64,000 nucleotides of DNA from Methanomassiliicoccales archaeon (lineage in GTDB: Archaea > Thermoplasmatota > Thermoplasmata > Methanomassiliicoccales > UBA472). This document shows, piece by piece, positions 52,477 through 59,481 of the stretch. Made by a program: the position numbers and the translations under genes. Where the stretch lies: assembly GCA_028682895.1 (NCBI GenBank), contig JAJRAK010000057.1, forward strand, positions 48,778 to 112,777, read 5' to 3'. A model generated the notes under the pieces. The model worked only from the letters and a program-made list of their open reading frames with translations, did no database searches and was not told the DNA's origin. Every line of letters starts with the position of its first letter. Position 1 is the first letter of the stretch.

Positions 52477-54143
52477 AGGACCATGCTTGGTACGATGTGC
52501 CTGGCGCTCCAGGCGTGAGGATATTTCCGTTCATCCGCAAGCCTGACGTGGTCTGCTGCAATTCGTATATCATCAAGGCCCCTGGCCACATCATGGTCAT
52601 CGACCCGGGTGCGGACCAGACGCAGATGGAGGAGATATTGAGGATGCTCCGAGATCTGTCCGGGGATGGGATGGAACGTGTGACGTTCTTCCTGACGCAT
52701 TGTCATGTCGATCACTGCTATGCTCTGATGAAGGGCATCGGAACGTCGATGATGCCAGATGGAGTGATCATGCTGGCGCAGGCCGAGGGCGCTAAAGCAT
52801 TGCGGGAATATGATGAGGATGTCACCCAGGCACGGGTGATGGGCTGGGACTTCCCTCCGGTCGAACTGCAGGTCGAGCTACGGTCCCTGCTGACCGGAGA
52901 CATGCCGGACGAAGGCAAGGTCGTCCAGTCCACGCAGATGCAGGAGATGGGCACCGCAGAAGGGATGAAGATAGGTTATCAGAGGATACCCCTTGGAGAG
53001 GGGCTGGAGATGGTAGCGTATCATACGCCAGGACATTCCCCGGACAGCGTCTGTTATCGATTGGGGCGGCTCATGTTCACCGGTGACCTGCTCTTCGCCA
53101 CCGACCCTGGGATAATGGGCTCCGTCGGTTGGGACCGGGATGCCATGGAATCGTCGATACGCAACGCGTCCTGGCTGCTCGAGCATGAAGGGATAGAACT
53201 GTGCCTACCGGGCCATGGATATTGCGTTGAGACCGCCAAGGCCAGAACGATGCTGGAACGAATGCTGAAGGAGGTCCGCAATATTGGCGCTATCAAGACC
53301 AAGGACGCGGAGCGCATCCGTTTCACCTCCAACTACGCCCTGGACATGCTGGAGGAGGCGAACGAGAACTTCAGTGTCATCGCCGGGCGGCTCTATTATC
53401 TGGCATATCACCTTGAGGACCTGGAGGAAGGCAGCGAGGCGCGCAAGTACCTGGACATGCTGGAGCATGACCGGATCGACGAGATGCTGACCTCGTTCAA
53501 TCGCTTCGTCGAGGAGTTCCACGCCGGCAGAAAGCTGCAGCTCCAGGTCACCATGAAGGCGGTGCAGACGATGAACAGCATCAACGCCATCTTCAAAGGG
53601 AGCGACCTGGAGGCGGTGATGGACCGTTCGCTGATCTCTGGAACGTCAAGATTGCTCAAGGACTTCATGAACGCGGTGAAGGGCATAGAGCTTGACGTCG
53701 TTCACGAGGAACGCGACCTCCGGTCATTGGTGCAGGAGATCGTGGAGGACCAGACGGCCCGGCCGGAGGACGACATAATGGATTGCCTGGATGACCCGGA
53801 ACGATACGCATCGGCCCTGGCCCGCCGGATCGCCCATATCCCTGTCTTCGATGATATCGAGCTGCACCTGGAAGGCGACGGTGCAACGACGATGCTGGAC
53901 CCCAAGCGCTTCCAGGACTCGCTGTCCGGTCTGTTCTTGGACCTGGCGGGCTCGGACGTGAAGAAGATCGTGCTTCGCCTGGATGGAACATCTTTGGAGA
54001 TCGGGACGGACGTCGATCTGTCATCGACCGTTGGGGAAAAGAAGGTCCGCGCGCTCTCACGCCGGTTCGAGCTGGCCGGAGCAAAGCTATCGGTCATCGA
54101 TGGTGCCCACTGGCACTGCAGGATAGAATGCGACCGTCCTTGA
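52473..54143 (+). CDS. MBL-fold metallo-hydrolase fused to a helical linker and a degenerate HATPase-like C-terminal domain
   Basis: ATG 52473 has an ATGA overlap with the STAS stop. The MBL motifs are intact: THCHVDH, YHTPGHSPDS, TGDLLF and LPGHG. The C-terminal 330 aa are helical and then read DLRSLVQEIVEDQ...TTMLDPKRFQDSLSGLFLDLAGSDVKKIVLRLDGTSLEIGTD. This looks like a histidine-kinase catalytic domain that has lost its N-box Asn and G-boxes. Confidence 0.7.
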   Translation: MKDHAWYDVPGAPGVRIFPFIRKPDVVCCNSYIIKAPGHIMVIDPGADQTQMEEILRMLRDLSGDGMERVTFFLTHCHVDHCYALMKGIGTSMMPDGVIMLAQAEGAKALREYDEDVTQARVMGWDFPPVELQVELRSLLTGDMPDEGKVVQSTQMQEMGTAEGMKIGYQRIPLGEGLEMVAYHTPGHSPDSVCYRLGRLMFTGDLLFATDPGIMGSVGWDRDAMESSIRNASWLLEHEGIELCLPGHGYCVETAKARTMLERMLKEVRNIGAIKTKDAERIRFTSNYALDMLEEANENFSVIAGRLYYLAYHLEDLEEGSEARKYLDMLEHDRIDEMLTSFNRFVEEFHAGRKLQLQVTMKAVQTMNSINAIFKGSDLEAVMDRSLISGTSRLLKDFMNAVKGIELDVVHEERDLRSLVQEIVEDQTARPEDDIMDCLDDPERYASALARRIAHIPVFDDIELHLEGDGATTMLDPKRFQDSLSGLFLDLAGSDVKKIVLRLDGTSLEIGTDVDLSSTVGEKKVRALSRRFELAGAKLSVIDGAHWHCRIECDRP

Positions 54144-54150
54144 CGGCCCC

Positions 54151-54384
54151 CTACTTCATCAGGGACAGCATGTCCTCTACCCTTTCGCCCATGTACTTAT
54201 GGGAGTCCATGACCCCTTGGTTATAGAACTCCGGCGCCAGCTTGTCGATGATGAAGTCCAGTATGAAACCTGAGGCAAGCTGGCCTATCTCCTCTCCCCT
54301 CTCGTTCAGGAAATAGGACCTGATGTCAGCGACCATCTCGTCCCTCTTTTCCTTTTCCAGTTCGATCTTGCATTTACCCTTCAT
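54151..54384 (-). CDS. DUF2164 family small protein
   Basis: Start at MKGKCKIELEKEKRDEMVADIRSYFLNERGEEIGQLASGFILDFIIDKLAPEFYNQGV, typical of DUF2164. It is convergent with the MBL gene. Confidence 0.65.
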   Translation of the reverse strand: MKGKCKIELEKEKRDEMVADIRSYFLNERGEEIGQLASGFILDFIIDKLAPEFYNQGVMDSHKYMGERVEDMLSLMK

Positions 54385-54682
54385 GGACCGTTCCCCACCC
54401 AGGTATGCTGTCATTCACCGAGTGGTTCTTTAAAGGTCGGATGAACCGGGGAGATGTCCGAGCTTGGGGGCCGTAGGTCAGTATCGATCGATGCTGACAC
54501 GGACCGTTGTTCCATTCGGGCTGGCCTTGTTATTTTTATAGTATCACATTCCATATAATATTACAAAATTAGTCATATAGCTACTCTATTCTAGTTTCTT
54601 TAGTTAAATAGCTAATAAATTTCTTTAAAAACAACAATCGTCTATCAGGTCCACTTCGAATATTCTTTCAGGTGAGATCATA

Positions 54683-56641
54683 ATGGAAGCAGATATCAAT
54701 GACCAGACGGTCTCGTCAGATCATTTCACCCCCAAGGTCGAGATGGCGAGCGGACTGTCCAAGGAAATCACCTTATTGCGTATCCCGGACCTCCGGGTCA
54801 TCTCAGGGGAAGGCGAGAAGCGCCTCTACACCAGGGACCAGGCGGACGTCCCGAGCGTCGTAAAGGACACGCTGATCCAATATCGACCGGACGCTGTGGT
54901 ACAGCCATCGACGGCCGAGGCCACCGTGGCATTGTTGCAATATGCCCGCGGTCGCGGACTGGCCGTCATCCCCCGTGGCTCTGGCTCATCCCCGTTCGGC
55001 GGATCGATACCGGTCAACGGAGGGATCGTTCTCGACGCTGGGAACCTGAACAAGGTGCTGGACGTAGATGTGAAGAACAAGTGCGTGAAGGTGCAGGGCG
55101 GATGCCGGTGGGCCGATGTGGACCATGAGCTCTCCAAGCACGGCCTGCGCATCATCTCGTGCCCGTCCAGCCGGTTCTCGACCGTGGCCGGATGGATATG
55201 CGGCGGCGGCCTGGGCGTCGGTTCGCTGGGCGGGGGACATCTCAGCAAGAACATCATCTCCATCAAGATGGCGACCGGCTCTGGACTTATCGAGCTGATG
55301 CCGCCGCAGGAAGAGTTCAAGGCCGTCTTCGGCAGCGAGGGGCAGTTGGGCATCATTGTCGAGGCCACCCTCAAGGTGAAGAGCATAGACAGCGCCTCCA
55401 AGCCCCATTTCCTATTGTTCAAGGACCTTGATGGTGCGGTGGACGTGGCCGAAAGGCTGCGACGCCTTTCCGCGCTTCCAGAGGACCTTATCTACTTCTC
55501 ACCTGGCAAGCTCCGTTACGCCAACAAGCTGCTCCATGGTGAGCACTTTGGAGAAGGTCACGCCCTTCTGGTGACGTCCTCGGACCAGGCATCGGAGGAT
55601 GCCATCTTGGGATTGCTCTCGTCGACAGGCATCACCGAGGAGAAGGAGTACCAGGCCAGGCTGCTGATGCATGACCGTTACTTCCCCATGAAGCTCAGAA
55701 GGCTGGGGCCGGGCATGATGGGAGCGGAGGTGCTGGCCCCGATGCCTAAACTGAAGGACATACTGCATCGGGCCGAGGACCTTTGCCAGGAGTTCGACCT
55801 GGACCCGCTGCTGGAGGTCCATGTCATGCAGGGCCAGGAATCGCTCCTGCTCTGCTACTATCTCACAGATCAGTGCAATGATTCGCTCTATCTGCTCGAC
55901 GCCGCCAAGTCGATGATAGTGACCTCGGCCCTGATAGAGATAGGCGCCAAGCCCTACTCCCTGGGCGTCTGGAACAACTCCTTCGTCGATCACTGGCCGA
56001 AGGAGGAGATGAGGAGGTTGAGACGGGCCAAGGACAAGCTGGACCCGTCCGGCATGATGAACCCGGGCAAGTACTTCGCCCTGAAGGGCAGGATGTTCGG
56101 TGCCGCCGGTATGCTGTTCAGTCCCCGCGGCTCCGGCATGGCCTTGGGACTGATGGCCAAGCTGCATATGCCCCTGTCACCTGTATTGCGCACCGCCTCC
56201 AAGGTGACACGCAAGCTCGTGCCGTCAGAGGGACGCGATATGCTCGAGGAGATGGTCAACCAGTGCGCCATGTGCGGCGCCTGTGTCAGCGTCTGTCCCG
56301 CCTATGCCCTGACCAAGGACGAGAGGGTCACGGCCCGCGGAAAGTTATTGATGGGAAGGGACCTGGCAGAAGGGAGGGACATCACCAAGGAGAGCGCTCA
56401 CCGCGCCTTCCTCTGCATGAGATGCAAAGCATGCGAGCAGGTATGCCAGTCCAAGCTGGACCTCATACCTGCGTACGATGAGCTGGAGTCCCGCCTTGAG
56501 AAATTGTTCGGAAAGGATGCTGCGGAGATCGAGCATTTCATACGCATAGCTGAACTGAGCCCTAAGTACGACGAGATGGTGGCGCGCGGTCTGGTGCTTG
56601 GCGCCCCCAAGAACGGCATGGGAGGCGATCGCCGTGTATGA
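54683..56641 (+). CDS. FAD-linked oxidase (GlcD/PCMH type) fused to a C-terminal 2x[4Fe-4S] GlcF-like ferredoxin domain
   Basis: 652 aa. The FAD_binding_4 region is VVQPSTAEATVALLQYARGRGLAVIPRGSGSSPFGGS. The C-terminus carries CAMCGACVSVCP and CMRCKACEQVC. No CCG domains follow. A long AT-rich upstream region (54530-54680) lies in front. Confidence 0.8.
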   Translation: MEADINDQTVSSDHFTPKVEMASGLSKEITLLRIPDLRVISGEGEKRLYTRDQADVPSVVKDTLIQYRPDAVVQPSTAEATVALLQYARGRGLAVIPRGSGSSPFGGSIPVNGGIVLDAGNLNKVLDVDVKNKCVKVQGGCRWADVDHELSKHGLRIISCPSSRFSTVAGWICGGGLGVGSLGGGHLSKNIISIKMATGSGLIELMPPQEEFKAVFGSEGQLGIIVEATLKVKSIDSASKPHFLLFKDLDGAVDVAERLRRLSALPEDLIYFSPGKLRYANKLLHGEHFGEGHALLVTSSDQASEDAILGLLSSTGITEEKEYQARLLMHDRYFPMKLRRLGPGMMGAEVLAPMPKLKDILHRAEDLCQEFDLDPLLEVHVMQGQESLLLCYYLTDQCNDSLYLLDAAKSMIVTSALIEIGAKPYSLGVWNNSFVDHWPKEEMRRLRRAKDKLDPSGMMNPGKYFALKGRMFGAAGMLFSPRGSGMALGLMAKLHMPLSPVLRTASKVTRKLVPSEGRDMLEEMVNQCAMCGACVSVCPAYALTKDERVTARGKLLMGRDLAEGRDITKESAHRAFLCMRCKACEQVCQSKLDLIPAYDELESRLEKLFGKDAAEIEHFIRIAELSPKYDEMVARGLVLGAPKNGMGGDRRV

Positions 56642-57995
56642 ACGATATCACATCGGGACGGTCGTCACCGTCGGAAGGCACAGACCGGTGCCGAAGTTCA
56701 TCGTCCGCCGGGAAGGCAACTGTATCAATTGCGGCAAGTGCGAACGGATGTGCGTCTACCAGGCGCACAGGCGCGATCCGGTGGACCCGAGGAAGATGGC
56801 CGAGCCGGACAGCACGCTCTGCAAGAACTGCTTCCGCTGCGTGGTGGAGTGCCCGCAGAGGGCCTTGTCCATCAGGGTGAACGATGACTTCAAGGCGTTG
56901 GGCAACGGAGTGTGGACCCCGGTGCGCATCACCACCATGTGGGGGGAGGCCGAGAATGCTAAGATCCCAGTGCTGGGAGCAGGCTACCGCGGTCTGTTCT
57001 CCGGACCGGGGTTCGACGCCATGTGGACCGACATGAGCGAGATCGTCCGTCCGACCAGGGACGGCATCCACGGCCGTGAGTTCATATCCACTGGCGTGGA
57101 CATAGGGCGCAAGCCTTCGCTGCTGCGGTTCGATGACGACATGCGCCTTCTGACGGAAATGGGCACCATAATAGACCTGCCCGTGCCGTTCATGCTGGAC
57201 CTTTCACGCCTCGTTGTGAGCGAAAACATCATGAAAGGTATCGCCGGAGCGGCCAAGGAACTTGGCACACTGCTGGTGTTGCCCGTCGGCTCGATCGAAA
57301 AGGTCAGCGCACTGATGGCGGACGATATGCTGGTCCCGGTGCTATCCAAGGTGGACGACCTGGAGCGTGTGCCGAAAGGCGTACGACTGGTGGAGATCGA
57401 GGGCGGCCCTGATTGGAAGAGGGACGTGAACGAACTCAAGCGCAGCAGGCCGGGAATGCTGGTCGGCGTCCGCATGACATCTTCGCCTGATCTCTTGACC
57501 GTGGCGAACGATATGGCCCGTGAGGCGGACGTACTGCACGTACTATTTGCAGAAACGGGCATGGGCGCGGACGGGCAATATGCCAGGGACGCATCGCGCA
57601 AACTGCACCGGCAGCTGGTGGCCGCCGGCCTACGGGATCAGATGACAATAGTGTCCTCGGGCGGACTGGCCGCGGCAGAGATGGTACCGAAGAGCATCAT
57701 CTGCGGTGCCGACGCCGTCACCCTGGAAGGGGCGCTCAAGGTCGCCCTGGGTTGCCACGCATGCGTAGAATGCAAGGACTGTCCTGCGGATGTGGAGAAC
57801 GCCCCGGAGGAGTTCGTAAGGCAGCGTGTGATCAACATGTGCAGCGCCTGGAGGGACCAGATGCTGGAGATGCTAGGGGCCATGGGCATACGCGACCTGC
57901 GCCGTCTGAGGGGCGAGACCGGCCGCGCCATATTCCAGGAGGATGCGCATCGTGACGCGTTCTCCGGCATCGAGGGAGGTGAGAAGGTTGAGTGA
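56598..57995 (+). CDS. Glutamate-synthase FMN-domain (GltB domain 2) paralogue with N-terminal 2x[4Fe-4S], catalytic motifs degenerate
   Basis: The ferredoxin motifs are CINCGKCERMC and CKNCFRCVVECP. The remainder aligns by eye with the next gene (SSGGLAAAEMVPKSIICGADAVTLEG against ASGGMRTAMDVAKAIALGADGVVVGT). It lacks the GGGMSYGS, GEGG and DGGYGGTGAAP motifs. The start is ATG 56598 or GTG 56634, and either one overlaps the upstream gene. Confidence 0.6.
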   Translation: MAPPRTAWEAIAVYERYHIGTVVTVGRHRPVPKFIVRREGNCINCGKCERMCVYQAHRRDPVDPRKMAEPDSTLCKNCFRCVVECPQRALSIRVNDDFKALGNGVWTPVRITTMWGEAENAKIPVLGAGYRGLFSGPGFDAMWTDMSEIVRPTRDGIHGREFISTGVDIGRKPSLLRFDDDMRLLTEMGTIIDLPVPFMLDLSRLVVSENIMKGIAGAAKELGTLLVLPVGSIEKVSALMADDMLVPVLSKVDDLERVPKGVRLVEIEGGPDWKRDVNELKRSRPGMLVGVRMTSSPDLLTVANDMAREADVLHVLFAETGMGADGQYARDASRKLHRQLVAAGLRDQMTIVSSGGLAAAEMVPKSIICGADAVTLEGALKVALGCHACVECKDCPADVENAPEEFVRQRVINMCSAWRDQMLEMLGAMGIRDLRRLRGETGRAIFQEDAHRDAFSGIEGGEKVE

Positions 57996-59481
57996 TGATC
58001 ATTACGATCGCGTACCAGAGGCGACCTGGATACCGTCCGAGAGGCTCGAGTTCGTTAACCGTTACAAGGTGGAGCGCAAGGACACCTGCATCTCCTGCGG
58101 GCTCTGCGAATCGCTGTGCCCGAACGGGGTGCACCGCCGGACCGAAGGTCATGCGCGCATACTGCCGCCCTACGATCAGAGGTGCATCGGCCCCTCGTGC
58201 TCGAGCAACGACTACTATTGCGTCTCCCATTGTCCGACCGACTCCCTGAGCGTCAGGGCGAGCGAGACGTTCAGCGCCTTGGGCGATGTACGATGGACCA
58301 CGGAGATGATATTGGCGACCTGGGGCATGGCCGAGACCGGCCAACCGATAGCGCTGGACCATCCCGGGAACACCGGCAGTTCCGGCGGCGGGTTCGACAA
58401 TCTGCACTTCAAGCGGGGGAACGTTCCCGAGGACATAGATTACAAGGAGTTCAGCACCGCCATCGACCTGAACCACCGGGAAGGGCAGAAGCTGCGCATA
58501 GCGATACCGCTGTATGGCGGCGGCATGTCATACGGTTCCGTCTCCCTGCACACCATGGTGTCCAGGGCCAGGGCCATGAAGGCCTGGGGAACGTACACGT
58601 GCACGGGCGAGGGCGGATACCCGGCAGAGCTGCTGCCGTACAAGGACAACGTCATCACCCAGATCGCCACCGGGCTGTTCGGGGTGAAGGAAGAGACCAT
58701 AATGCGCGCGCCCATCATCGAGTTCAAGTACGCGCAGGGGGCCAAGCCTGGACTGGGCGGACATCTGTTGGGCGACAAGAACACGCCCTTGGTCGCTATG
58801 ATGAGGGAGGCCGTGCCGGGCACTTCGCTGTTCTCGCCCTTCCCCTTCCATAGCGTGTACTCGGTCGAGGACCACAAGAAGCATCTGGACTGGATATCGT
58901 CCATCAATCCCAGGGCGCTCCTTTCCGTTAAGGTTTCCACCCCCAACGATGTGGAGATGGTGGCCATCGGTTCCTATTACGCTGGAGCGCACATCGTGCA
59001 TCTGGACGGTGGATACGGCGGTACCGGCGCGGCGCCGGAGATAGCCAAGAAGAACATAGCGATGCCTATTGAGTACGCCATACCGAAGGTGCACAAGTTC
59101 CTGACCAATGAAGGTGTCCGTGACAGCGTGACGCTCATCGCCAGCGGAGGCATGCGCACCGCCATGGACGTGGCCAAGGCCATAGCGCTGGGAGCGGACG
59201 GCGTGGTCGTCGGCACCGCGGAGCTGGTGGCGCTGGGATGCGTGCGCTGTGGCAACTGCGAATCCGGCCGGGGCTGCCCCAGGGGGATAGCCACCACCGA
59301 CCCGATACTGTACCTGCAGATGAACACGGATTGGGGCTCGCAGCGTCTGATCAACCTGTTCTCCGCCTGGCGCAAACAATGGTGCCAGCTGCTGGCATCC
59401 TTCGGCATGAAGGACATCACCGAGCTGAGGGGAAGGACGGACCTGCTGCGTTACGAGGAAAAGAAGGAGGGACGGGCATGA
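57943..59481 (+). CDS. gltB: Archaeal-type glutamate synthase, FMN-binding subunit (GltB domain 2) with N-terminal Fe-S domain
   Basis: Motifs are CISCGLCESLCPNG, PLYGGGMSYGSVS, CTGEGGYP, KYAQGAKPGLGGHL, HLDGGYGGTGAAP and ASGGMRTAMDVAKAIALGADGV. The likely true start is TTG 57988, 5 nt after GGAGGTGA, rather than ATG 57943. Confidence 0.85.
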   Translation: MRIVTRSPASREVRRLSDDHYDRVPEATWIPSERLEFVNRYKVERKDTCISCGLCESLCPNGVHRRTEGHARILPPYDQRCIGPSCSSNDYYCVSHCPTDSLSVRASETFSALGDVRWTTEMILATWGMAETGQPIALDHPGNTGSSGGGFDNLHFKRGNVPEDIDYKEFSTAIDLNHREGQKLRIAIPLYGGGMSYGSVSLHTMVSRARAMKAWGTYTCTGEGGYPAELLPYKDNVITQIATGLFGVKEETIMRAPIIEFKYAQGAKPGLGGHLLGDKNTPLVAMMREAVPGTSLFSPFPFHSVYSVEDHKKHLDWISSINPRALLSVKVSTPNDVEMVAIGSYYAGAHIVHLDGGYGGTGAAPEIAKKNIAMPIEYAIPKVHKFLTNEGVRDSVTLIASGGMRTAMDVAKAIALGADGVVVGTAELVALGCVRCGNCESGRGCPRGIATTDPILYLQMNTDWGSQRLINLFSAWRKQWCQLLASFGMKDITELRGRTDLLRYEEKKEGRA

